NCBI GenBank assembly: GCA_964576575.1
Contig: CAZNVU010000001.1
Location: 5,233 to 69,232 of the forward strand
Reading direction: 5' to 3'
DNA: 64,000 nucleotides
Source of the DNA: an uncultured Chryseobacterium sp.
GTDB lineage: Bacteria; Bacteroidota; Bacteroidia; Flavobacteriales_D; Sanyastnellaceae
Part shown: positions 38,142 to 47,112 of the stretch, in pieces
Position numbering within the stretch: position 1 is the stretch's first letter
How the letters are laid out: every line of letters begins with the position of its first letter
Notes under the pieces: generated by a model
Databases searched by the model: none
What the model was told of the DNA's origin: nothing
The model's input: the letters and a program-made list of their open reading frames with translations, nothing else
Position numbers and translations under genes: made by a program

Positions 38142-40802
38142 TTATAGTTTTACCCATTTAGCATGTGAAGTAGGTGTGCAAATGAGATAGACACCTGTGA
38201 CAAGATCAGCAACAGATAAATGGTTAACAGGATATTTTGATTCAAGTACCATTTTCCCCAACGCATTGAAAATTTGAATTGGTTCAGTTGTATTCAAGTA
38301 AATCTTGTCAGCGTTAAAACCTGGATTGGGATACACCAGTAACGGATTAGTGGAATTGTGGGTGGCGATGTCAGTTAGTATTTCATTTGTAGCATTTGGA
38401 GTGGGGATGATGAAATTGGTCCATGTTTCGTTTCCATCACTTTGTCTACCGTAGCTTCGATTGGTTGTTTGGGAGTTGAAAACAATTGAATCGATAAGAC
38501 TAATACCATCTGGCATTGTTAAAGCGAGAGACTCCCCAGATGACGATAGTTTGAAATTGGCATGAAGAGGGCCTTGTGAAACAACCTCATCGCACCAAAT
38601 TAGTTTATATCCATGAGCTGGAATGATGCTTTTGTCATCAACACTTTGTATTTGGAATTTTGTTTTATGTAACAAATTATCAGTTATGTAGTACTCATCT
38701 AAATCAATGGGGTAATTGTTTGGGTTGTATAACTCAAACCAATCATCAAACTCACCATATTCATCAGCAATAAAAGATGTATTGGAAGCGCACAATTCAT
38801 TGATGTACACATGTTGATAGGCAGTAAAGGTGGTGTCAATCTCAAAAATTGCAGTAAAAGAGGTGTCTTGAGTGAGGTAAATAATAGTGTCTGGATTGAC
38901 AATAGTGGTATTTTCCCAATGTGAGAATCTGTAACCCGGACGGGCAATGGCTTTGAGTGAAATAGGGATGTTGTGAAAATAAACTCCGTTCCAAGGGTAT
39001 GGATTTCCTTCGATACCTAGTGTATTTTCGTCAATGGTGATGGAGTTGATTTTAACTCTACCAGCTTCTGTGTTATTTACGTTTAAAGCAATCTGGGAAG
39101 TGTCACCAAGTTCGAAATAGTTCATGTAGTATTCTCTCAGTTTCTTGGGACGAAGCATGGCAAAATTGTGCAAACCTGACCGAATTACATTCCACTTTTG
39201 TAAGCTGGGTATTTCAAGTGATCTTTCTAGTAAAGTATTTGAAAGAGCGGGATATCTCCATCTATAGACATGCTCAAGCATTTCAGGATCTACATCTGTT
39301 TCAGTTTGCTGAATAAATTGTGAAACCCGGGAAGTTTTAAACGCAGTATTCATCAGATCTGCGGATCTATTGATAAAGTTTGTTTTGAAGTTTCCGTTCT
39401 CTATCAATTTACGCATTAGCAGAGTATAACTTCCCCCAGCCTCTGATAGTGCTGGAATCAGAGAGTTGTAGCCATGGTATATACCCGAGCAATCGCCTCC
39501 AAAACCTGCATCCAAATCAAAGAAGATCCACCTCCATCTGCCATCAAGTCTAATACCTGAATTGGGTTGAAAATTATCTCTGCGGTATCTCCAAAACTTG
39601 ACATTGGATATCGGCCAATCACCATTCCCAAAAAAGATTTGAGAGGCATAGTAATCAATGAAATTATCAACATCCATTTGGGTTTGCACAAACTCATAGT
39701 TTTCATGAATAGCAATATCATTGTTGGATACAAACTGAAGCAGATTATCGTAATGTATTTCATCATCTGTTGTTCCGTCTTGCACGGTTCCGCTAAGCTC
39801 TAGAATCGTAAAATTTTCTTTTTGAGCATGGTATTTATTTGCAAGATAGTGATCATCAATATGTTCCTTAATTGTATACACTCCCCAATATTCTCCGTTC
39901 AAAAACAGTATGACGTTCTTGTTGTTTTTGGAGTCAAGATTCAGTGCGTTGACAACGTCACAAGCAACATTGTCTCTTGGAAAACAGTCTGGTCGATGTC
40001 CGTGATTTCTAAAGATTAAATGCTTGTGTTCAAGTTGGTTGTTGTCAAAAGCATCAATGTAGAATCTGTCTAGTCCATAGATGTCTCTTGCGGAAAGCCG
40101 AAGTGTTTTTTGTGAGGCAGATCTACCTCCTCCACCATGATTTTGTGCCCCACACTTCTGAGAAACCAATCGTGTTCCGTTTTCGGAGAACCACTCTAGA
40201 TGGGCAGAATATTCGTTATCTTGATAATAATTTCCTCCGGACATAGTATCTAAACCATAAACAAAAAGACCCTGTTCCTGCGAGAACAAGAATAAACTAT
40301 CCATTGAGATGGATGCAACCGGAAGTGAATATCTGCTGCTTCCCAAAGAATCGATGAAGTAAGTTGCAGTTTGAACCGGACTTGGTTCATAGCCGGGTTT
40401 AAAAGTTCTTGCTTTTATAACTGTTGCTTTGTTAACCAAAGATGCTGGCGGTAGCCAACCCCTCGTATTTGCACGAAGTTCATTGTATCCATTGATGGAA
40501 AAATGAAAACTTGGATTAGTGGGAATAAGGGAATGAGAGTTAGGATTCTGTTGGGTATTTCTAATCACAATGGGATTGGAATACAGAGATGATGTCTCTG
40601 TAGGATCACTTCCATTAGTTGTAAATCTTATTATAGCTTCTTGGGTGGGCGTTAACAATTCAACAACAATAGAATCAGTATAGTATCCAGCATGGTGCGA
40701 GAAAGTAGGGGGTTCAGGTTGTTGTCCTAAACTTTTGCTGAATAAAGAGAGGTTCATTGCTAAAAGAATGAAAATAACTTTTATAAGAGTGCATTGACCC
40801 AT
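38142..40802 (-). CDS. Secreted CotH-kinase-family protein with an N-terminal Fn3-associated/chitobiase-C-like domain, a lamin-tail domain and a T9SS C-terminal sorting domain
   Basis: CotH motifs are LFLNGEYWGVYTIKEHIDD, FIDYYASQIFFGNGDWP and RWRWIFFDLDAGFG. Lamin-tail-domain (LTD) motifs are INELCASN...DDWFELYNP...LHANFKLSSSGESLAL. The CTD reads VYPNPG...GVYLI.... The track start at 40811 is TTG, and ATG at 40802 is preferred. Confidence 0.8.
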   Translation of the reverse strand: MGQCTLIKVIFILLAMNLSLFSKSLGQQPEPPTFSHHAGYYTDSIVVELLTPTQEAIIRFTTNGSDPTETSSLYSNPIVIRNTQQNPNSHSLIPTNPSFHFSINGYNELRANTRGWLPPASLVNKATVIKARTFKPGYEPSPVQTATYFIDSLGSSRYSLPVASISMDSLFLFSQEQGLFVYGLDTMSGGNYYQDNEYSAHLEWFSENGTRLVSQKCGAQNHGGGGRSASQKTLRLSARDIYGLDRFYIDAFDNNQLEHKHLIFRNHGHRPDCFPRDNVACDVVNALNLDSKNNKNVILFLNGEYWGVYTIKEHIDDHYLANKYHAQKENFTILELSGTVQDGTTDDEIHYDNLLQFVSNNDIAIHENYEFVQTQMDVDNFIDYYASQIFFGNGDWPISNVKFWRYRRDNFQPNSGIRLDGRWRWIFFDLDAGFGGDCSGIYHGYNSLIPALSEAGGSYTLLMRKLIENGNFKTNFINRSADLMNTAFKTSRVSQFIQQTETDVDPEMLEHVYRWRYPALSNTLLERSLEIPSLQKWNVIRSGLHNFAMLRPKKLREYYMNYFELGDTSQIALNVNNTEAGRVKINSITIDENTLGIEGNPYPWNGVYFHNIPISLKAIARPGYRFSHWENTTIVNPDTIIYLTQDTSFTAIFEIDTTFTAYQHVYINELCASNTSFIADEYGEFDDWFELYNPNNYPIDLDEYYITDNLLHKTKFQIQSVDDKSIIPAHGYKLIWCDEVVSQGPLHANFKLSSSGESLALTMPDGISLIDSIVFNSQTTNRSYGRQSDGNETWTNFIIPTPNATNEILTDIATHNSTNPLLVYPNPGFNADKIYLNTTEPIQIFNALGKMVLESKYPVNHLSVADLVTGVYLICTPTSHAKWVKL

Positions 40803-40823
40803 GAGCACCAATAATTATGTCTG

Positions 40824-40831
40824 CAAATTTA
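40824..40831 (-). promoter_or_regulatory. Candidate -7 promoter box (minus strand reads TAAATTTG)
   Basis: A TAnnTTTG match 22 nt upstream of the ATG at 40802. Confidence 0.3.
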
Positions 40832-40901
40832 ACAGATAGGATGCTGCTTTAGAAAACTTTGAACTAGGGTTTTTAAGGACGTTTTGTTTATTGAGCAGCC
40901 A

Positions 40902-41990
40902 TCATTTTTTCACACCTTTCCCCCACCAAAATAATCCATTGGCGCTGAGGAAGGTGGTTAAGAAGACAACGGCCAAGCTGATGTTGGGTGTATTGGGCGG
41001 CATCATAAATGTGATTCCAATAATGAAAAGTGTAAAGCCGTACAAAATGAAACAAACTTTCTTGTGTGTGAAGCCCATGGACAACAGCTTGTGGTGAATG
41101 TGGTTTTTGTCTGCTTTGAAAGGTGAAATCCCCTTTGAAATTCGAACAGTAAACGCCCTAAGTGTGTCCATCAATGGATAACATAAAATGGCCATTGCCA
41201 ATACAGGTTTAGATACATTGGCCGCAAATCCATACATTCTGTTTGGGGGGAACTCAATCAACTTCATAGCTAAAACGTACAATACCATACCCAATATTAA
41301 CGAACCTGAATCTCCCATGAATATTTTGGCAGGTTGGAAATTGAAGAATAAAAAACCGATGAGTGATCCTGCAAGGCTGAAAGCCAACAATGATAGTGGT
41401 AAATCTCCTGTACTATAAAACCAAACCCCAAAAGTTGAGGCAGCAATAACGCCTATTCCACCCGCTAATCCATCTACCCCATCAATCAAATTGATGGAAT
41501 TTACAATAACAATATAGGTGAACATACTCACAATTAAACTCATCCAATAAGGGAGTTCACCAATGGAAAAAAGTCCCCAAAAGCTGGTGATACGGATGTC
41601 AGCCATATAAACCAAGATAATACCAACCAAAAAATGAACATACAATTTCTTGTTGGGCGCTACACCAATGATGTCATCTTTTAACCCCAAAAAGAAAAGT
41701 ACAAACATCGAAGCTACCAAGTATTTGAACTCATTGAGCGCAGACAATGGATCATAATTGTTCCCCATCATCCATTGATCCTTGGAAGGAAACATCAAAC
41801 AATATGCAAATAGGGTCCCAGCAAAAATCATGATGCCGCCAATGGTAGGGATACTGCGGTTGTGCAGTTTCCTTTGGTCCCCTGGCTCATCTACCAGATG
41901 CTTCAGTTTGGCCACTTTGATGAGTGAAGGCATCGCTATCATCACCAAGAGCAGGGCTGTTAAGAAAGCCAATGCTAAGTCAACGATCAA
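40902..41990 (-). CDS. Polyprenyl-phosphate N-acetylhexosamine-1-phosphate transferase (MraY/WecA family, GT4)
   Basis: It has the GLKDDIIG, NLIDGVDGLA and FMGDSGSL motifs and about 10 TM segments. The start is TTG. Confidence 0.8.
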   Translation of the reverse strand: MIVDLALAFLTALLLVMIAMPSLIKVAKLKHLVDEPGDQRKLHNRSIPTIGGIMIFAGTLFAYCLMFPSKDQWMMGNNYDPLSALNEFKYLVASMFVLFFLGLKDDIIGVAPNKKLYVHFLVGIILVYMADIRITSFWGLFSIGELPYWMSLIVSMFTYIVIVNSINLIDGVDGLAGGIGVIAASTFGVWFYSTGDLPLSLLAFSLAGSLIGFLFFNFQPAKIFMGDSGSLILGMVLYVLAMKLIEFPPNRMYGFAANVSKPVLAMAILCYPLMDTLRAFTVRISKGISPFKADKNHIHHKLLSMGFTHKKVCFILYGFTLFIIGITFMMPPNTPNISLAVVFLTTFLSANGLFWWGKGVKK

Positions 41991-42029
41991 GGTTTTCGGT
42001 TTTGGTTAGGTGAAGATACACTGAATTTT

Positions 42030-43598
42030 TTAAAAATCGAAGGCCCTGTAGCAAATGTCACTGGTTAATTTGAAGGTAAGAATTTGCCCAGTTGTATTGG
42101 ATTTATAGGTATTGTCCAAATTTGACCTAAGTTCATCTACTTGGGTTACTCCTAACCATAAGCAAAGATGTGTATGTGGCTGCACCAAGTAACCAATTTC
42201 TCCCTGGAAGTATTGGAAGTCTCGTTTACCAAATTTTTGGCCATAATCCATTGCGTAGGGATTAGCGGTGTTTCCCATATCTTGTTGTATCCAATGATAA
42301 CATGCTTGCGCCAGAAAGCGCTTCCAGCGGTAATGTCCTCTGATCAACCATTCTGTTAAAGCCGATCCTGATGCATGGCCCAAAGGTTGATTTTGTTGCG
42401 TGAGCGACATAAGGTTTACATTTTGCGAATAGAAATAAGCTCCTACCTGATTGTATTCCACGCGCAAATCTAAATTTTTCATTCCTAAATCTGTGAAAAG
42501 AGCGCCAAATTGAAGCGCATCCTTGCCCATTCCTTTCATTACCCAACCGTACTGACCGTAAAAAGTGGCGCTGCGATTGGCATTCCATTTCATGTTGGCA
42601 CCATAAAGTACGGTGGCATTGCTATCATTTTGCGCCATCCATCCTCTGGCGCCAAAAATGGGAACATAAGCATGCAATTCAGGAGCCACAACCCCTTGAG
42701 GTGTCCATCGCGCAGAAACGACAGTTTCCATCAACGCAAGCTCCAATTTTTCTGTTGGTAAATAAGACAAATAATTCCAAGTGATTAGTTTTCGTTTGAA
42801 TAAACTTTCACCCGTGCTCCCCAAAGGAATTCGTGATTGTTCTTGTCCCAGACCAACTGTGCTCTTGTATTGAAAATGTTGGTTTTGTATTCCTACTTGT
42901 AACATTGGCATATTCATGGAAGCATCCGATAATATCAGGGAGCGATAGCCATTTCCAAAAAATTGTTTGCCATACATCAACCCTAAATTCCACCATGATT
43001 TGGATCCGATGAATAATGAACTGGTGGAGATTCCATAGTCATATCCAAATTTCTTAAATTCTTTGTGACGCCCCATGCCCGGTATTACGCCTGTTGAGTC
43101 AGACCAAATACTTTGGTAATAGGGTAGTACACTTTGGGTTTCGAGAAATATGGTTTGAAATTCCACTCCATTGCCTATGGTACCCTGCACGATGGCACCG
43201 CGACCATTATTGTACATTCTTCCACGTGTATTATTGAATGTCTCATTTTTAAGGTCTTGATACAATTCCAGCTGTAAAATGGGATCAATGGTAATTGTAT
43301 ATTCTGGTTTTTTGAATTCAATTAGATGATCCCTGAATACAAGCCTTGATAGCATAGAGTAATACTTTACAGAATCTTTTACTTCACCAGTTATGTTTTT
43401 AAAATTGACTGTCGATTTCAGTTGTGGTTTGTAAGTGGTAAATGCTGGTTTTCCTTTATAATGCTCTACCCGCTCCAATTCTCTGTTCCAATAATCACCA
43501 ATGGGTATGGTCTGAGTCCACCCTGAAATTGCATTAAATGACAACATGAGTATTGTGAAAATCGTTGAAAGCACGAATGGGGTAAGAAGCTTTTTCAT
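42030..43598 (-). CDS. Predicted outer-membrane beta-barrel protein of unknown function (possibly Wzi/RemB-like)
   Basis: It has a signal peptide, alternating aromatic/polar beta-strand patterns and a C-terminal Phe (AFDF). The family name is only a guess from its glycan-gene context. Confidence 0.45.
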   Translation of the reverse strand: MKKLLTPFVLSTIFTILMLSFNAISGWTQTIPIGDYWNRELERVEHYKGKPAFTTYKPQLKSTVNFKNITGEVKDSVKYYSMLSRLVFRDHLIEFKKPEYTITIDPILQLELYQDLKNETFNNTRGRMYNNGRGAIVQGTIGNGVEFQTIFLETQSVLPYYQSIWSDSTGVIPGMGRHKEFKKFGYDYGISTSSLFIGSKSWWNLGLMYGKQFFGNGYRSLILSDASMNMPMLQVGIQNQHFQYKSTVGLGQEQSRIPLGSTGESLFKRKLITWNYLSYLPTEKLELALMETVVSARWTPQGVVAPELHAYVPIFGARGWMAQNDSNATVLYGANMKWNANRSATFYGQYGWVMKGMGKDALQFGALFTDLGMKNLDLRVEYNQVGAYFYSQNVNLMSLTQQNQPLGHASGSALTEWLIRGHYRWKRFLAQACYHWIQQDMGNTANPYAMDYGQKFGKRDFQYFQGEIGYLVQPHTHLCLWLGVTQVDELRSNLDNTYKSNTTGQILTFKLTSDICYRAFDF

Positions 43599-43604
43599 AT
43601 GGCA

Positions 43605-44537
43605 TCAAGAAAGTGATTGTTTCTGATATTCTTGGTAGACAGCGGTGATTCCTTGCGCTAGATTTATTTTGGGCGACCAACCCAAACCTTTGATCTTGGA
43701 AATATCCATCAGTTTTCTTGGCGTACCATCAGGTTTTTCCGTATTCCAAATCAATTCGCCTTGGAATCCAACAATGGACTGAATCATTTCTGCAAGAGAC
43801 TTGATACTCAAATCTTCACCGCAGCCCACATTGACAAATTGTTTGTCATTATAGTTTTGCATTAAAAAATAACATGCCTCGGCCAAGTCATCCACATGCA
43901 AGAACTCACGCAAAGGACTTCCAGTTCCCCATACTTCAACGGATGCGGATTGATTGATTTTAGCTTCATGGAATTTTCTGATCAAAGCGGGAAGAACGTG
44001 AGAGTTCTGTAGATCATAGTTGTCATTGGGACCATAGAGGTTGGTGGGCATGGCAGAGATAAAGTTGCTTCCATATTGATCGCGATAGGCTTCACACATT
44101 TTGATTCCAGCAATCTTGGCTATCGCGTAGGGTTCATTGGTGTATTCCAATGTGCCGGATAACAGACTCTCTTCTTGCAAGGGTTGTGTTGCCAGTTTGG
44201 GATAAATGCATGATGAACCTAGGAAAAGCAATTTTTCAACGCCATAAACATGAGCGGCATGAATCACATTGCTTTCAATCATCAAGTTGCGGTACAAGAA
44301 GTCTGCACGGTATGTGTTATTGGCGTGGATACCACCAACTTTAGCAGCTGCAAGAAATACAAATTGAGGTTTCTCCTTTTCAAAAAAATCATTGACCGCT
44401 TTTTGATCAGTCAGATCCAATTCTTTGGAGGTTCTTGTAATGATTTGAGAATACCCTTCTTGTTGTAATTTACGACAAATAGCAGACCCTACCATCCCGC
44501 GGTGTCCCGCCACAAATATTTTATCATTGTGTTTCAT
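43605..44537 (-). CDS. fcl: GDP-L-fucose synthase
   Basis: It has the N-terminal VAGHRGMVGSAI motif, the YAIAK catalytic motif, NLYGPNDNY, and a length of 310 aa. Confidence 0.9.
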   Translation of the reverse strand: MKHNDKIFVAGHRGMVGSAICRKLQQEGYSQIITRTSKELDLTDQKAVNDFFEKEKPQFVFLAAAKVGGIHANNTYRADFLYRNLMIESNVIHAAHVYGVEKLLFLGSSCIYPKLATQPLQEESLLSGTLEYTNEPYAIAKIAGIKMCEAYRDQYGSNFISAMPTNLYGPNDNYDLQNSHVLPALIRKFHEAKINQSASVEVWGTGSPLREFLHVDDLAEACYFLMQNYNDKQFVNVGCGEDLSIKSLAEMIQSIVGFQGELIWNTEKPDGTPRKLMDISKIKGLGWSPKINLAQGITAVYQEYQKQSLS

Positions 44538-45464
44538 CTAAATCTTTTTTATGTCCAATGCTGATCTTAATCCGTTGCCCACAAAGCTCAATGCCAATAC
44601 AGTGACCATGATGCAAATACCAGGTGCCAATGCCAAGTGGGCATGCTGTGTTGGAATCATGGCGTAATTTTCTCTGATCATATTTCCCCAACTGGGTGCT
44701 GGTATTTGCACACCCAATCCCAAAAAACTCATGCCACTTTCGATGAGTATGGCACTAGAGAAATTGGCTGCTGAAATGACAATGAGTATTGGCCATAACT
44801 GAGGAAGCATCTCACGAAACATGATTCGCGAATCACTCATACCTATTGATCTCGCAGCTTCTATGTATTCTTTTTCTCGGATGCTTAAAATTTGGCCGCG
44901 AACAATGCGCGCCACTTCCACCCACATCGTTAGTCCAATTGCAATGAATACCTTCCAAAATCCTGCACCAAAGGCAAGGATGAAAGCCATCACCACCAAT
45001 AAGTTGGGAATGGACCAAATGACATTGATGATCCATGAGAGTGTTGCGTCTACCCAACCCCTATAGTAGCCGGCCAACAATCCAATGGTGACGCCGACAA
45101 TAAGCGATATAGCTACAGAAATAAATCCCACAGTTAAACTGATATAGGTACCGGCCATTAATCGCGATAGAATATCTCGACCTAGACGATCCGTACCCAA
45201 GAGAAATAGTTTTTCTTCCGTTTGTCCTTCTAGATTGCGCTCTCCACCTTCATCCCAATCAAATTGAACCTTGCTCATCGGGGGAAGTTTGGCCCATTGT
45301 ATTTGCTGGTCATTGGCATTCTCAGTTTTATCTGGACGAATGAATCCCCCCAGTAGGCTAACCAAAAACAATAGTGCAATAAAAGACAACCCCGTGATGG
45401 CCCATTTGTCTTGAGAGAATTTCCCCCAAAAAGCTTTTAATGCCTGATTGCCCTGCCTTTCCAT
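44538..45464 (-). CDS. ABC transporter permease, OppC/DppC type
   Basis: It has the EAA-loop motif YIEAARSIGMSDSRIMFREMLP and six TM segments. The start is MERQG at 45464, since the track start at 45533 lies deep inside the upstream gene. Confidence 0.75.
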   Translation of the reverse strand: MERQGNQALKAFWGKFSQDKWAITGLSFIALLFLVSLLGGFIRPDKTENANDQQIQWAKLPPMSKVQFDWDEGGERNLEGQTEEKLFLLGTDRLGRDILSRLMAGTYISLTVGFISVAISLIVGVTIGLLAGYYRGWVDATLSWIINVIWSIPNLLVVMAFILAFGAGFWKVFIAIGLTMWVEVARIVRGQILSIREKEYIEAARSIGMSDSRIMFREMLPQLWPILIVISAANFSSAILIESGMSFLGLGVQIPAPSWGNMIRENYAMIPTQHAHLALAPGICIMVTVLALSFVGNGLRSALDIKKI

Positions 45465-46531
45465 TCTTGTTTTAAAAATAACACGGATAAGCCAACAGCA
45501 AACACCCAAAACGGATAGATTATTAAAAACCAAAGGGTGATAAAAAGAGGATTGTTTTTAAGCAATCGAAATAGGCTGAACTCTGTAAAAATTTTGATAA
45601 AAACCAAAATGAGCAATAGGATAGAGCTCATTTGAGAAGGATGTAGGATCAATTCAATGTATGCGTAAAGCATTATTGTATTGCTAATTGCGGTGCTGTA
45701 GGCCAAGACTTTCATATCTCCCATTTCCAATGCTTTTGATTTTCCGGCCCATCTCACACGTTGAGCCAATAAAGCTTTCCATGATGACAATGGTGCTATT
45801 GAAATGGTCTCTGGTGCTATGTAAGCCCAGCCGATGTTCCAACCTTTTTTTCTGAATGCAGCCAACAGAAATTGATCATCACCGCTGCTGATGTGTTCAT
45901 GGTTGGAATAACCATTTACCTGGGAGTAATACTTTTTTTGAAACGCCAAGTGAGCGCCATTGCTCAGTTGAGCTCGTTGTCTTAAAATGCTACCTTCTGT
46001 GAGAATCTGAAAAAACGAAAATTCGAGGTGTTGAAAAATAGCGACCCACTTTTTTCCTGTTAACATGGTTATTGGAAAAACAATCAATGCACACTCAGGG
46101 TTGAATTGATGTTGAATATTTTTCCACCAGGTGTCAGAAAGTTGTACATCGGCGTCTATGGTGAGTATCCAGTGGCTTTCGGGAATTTTTTCGATTCCTG
46201 TAGTTAAGGCAGCTTTTTTGCCTTGCCCTTTGTTTTTGAGGAGAATGTGATGTCTTGGGATGTTGTCGGAGAGCCATTTTAGGCCCTGATCATCACTGTG
46301 ATCATCAATCCAATAGACATCAATCTCAACAGGCAGTTGGTACAATTTATCGAGCAAAGCAGGCAAATGTTGGATCTCGTTTCTGAAAGGAATGACAATA
46401 CTGAGAAGTGGGGTAGGGTAAGTGGGATGTGTTGTTTTTCCTTTTCTTTTGCCCCGGTACCATAGCAATTGCATGGCATAGGTGCATTGCAGCACCATAG
46501 CGATGGAAATTGTCATTACTTTTAGCACCAT
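45437..46531 (-). CDS. Family 2 glycosyltransferase with a C-terminal membrane domain
   Basis: It has LLSIVIPFRNE, WIDDHSDD and TIDAD (DxD) motifs. TM helices lie in the last 80 aa or so. Confidence 0.75.
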   Translation of the reverse strand: MVLKVMTISIAMVLQCTYAMQLLWYRGKRKGKTTHPTYPTPLLSIVIPFRNEIQHLPALLDKLYQLPVEIDVYWIDDHSDDQGLKWLSDNIPRHHILLKNKGQGKKAALTTGIEKIPESHWILTIDADVQLSDTWWKNIQHQFNPECALIVFPITMLTGKKWVAIFQHLEFSFFQILTEGSILRQRAQLSNGAHLAFQKKYYSQVNGYSNHEHISSGDDQFLLAAFRKKGWNIGWAYIAPETISIAPLSSWKALLAQRVRWAGKSKALEMGDMKVLAYSTAISNTIMLYAYIELILHPSQMSSILLLILVFIKIFTEFSLFRLLKNNPLFITLWFLIIYPFWVFAVGLSVLFLKQEWKGRAIRH

Positions 46532-46545
46532 AACTACATCATCAA

Positions 46546-47112
46546 TTGCAAAAGGAGCGCATCATATTGGGTATTGATCCCGGAACTTCTATTCTGGGTT
46601 ACGGAATCATAGAGGTCAAAGGTAAACAAATGCAACTTTTGGCTTTAGGCGTTGTGCGTTTGGATAAGATTGATGATCACGCATTGAAGTTAAAAAAAAT
46701 ATTTGAGCGTTGTATAGAACTCATAGATGGTTTTCATCCGGATGAGTTGGCTATTGAAGCGCCTTTTTTTGGAAAGAATGTTCAATCCATGTTGAAGTTG
46801 GGCAGGGCTCAAGGAGTGGCAATTGCAGCGGCTTTGAGCAGACAACTAAGCGTAACAGAGTATGCACCCCGAAAAATCAAGCAGAGTATCACGGGAAATG
46901 GAAACGCCAGCAAAGAACAGGTGGCAGCTATGATTCAGCGACTATTGAAAATAGAAGACTCTCAAATGCCTGAAAAGATGGATGCAACGGATGGTTTGGC
47001 GGCTGCTGTTTGTCATTTTTACCAAACGTCCAATCCTTTGTTTGGAACAAAGTCTAATTCATGGAAATCCTTTTTATCCAACAATCCAGATAGAATCATT
47101 GGTAAGAAGTGA
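46546..47112 (+). CDS. ruvC: Crossover junction endodeoxyribonuclease RuvC
   Basis: It has the [16 protein letters not shown] motif and catalytic Asp/Glu positions ([17 protein letters not shown]). The start is TTG. Confidence 0.9.
   Translation: MQKERIILGIDPGTSILGYGIIEVKGKQMQLLALGVVRLDKIDDHALKLKKIFERCIELIDGFHPDELAIEAPFFGKNVQSMLKLGRAQGVAIAAALSRQLSVTEYAPRKIKQSITGNGNASKEQVAAMIQRLLKIEDSQMPEKMDATDGLAAAVCHFYQTSNPLFGTKSNSWKSFLSNNPDRIIGKK

Noticed and set aside
38142-40802. Apparent lower GC content of the CotH-family gene as a sign of horizontal transfer
   Set aside because: This rests on hand counts of four 60-nt lines (33, 33, 37 and 45 percent) against two lines of sprA (42 and 50 percent). 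That is too little data. A proper sliding-window GC and codon-usage calculation is needed.
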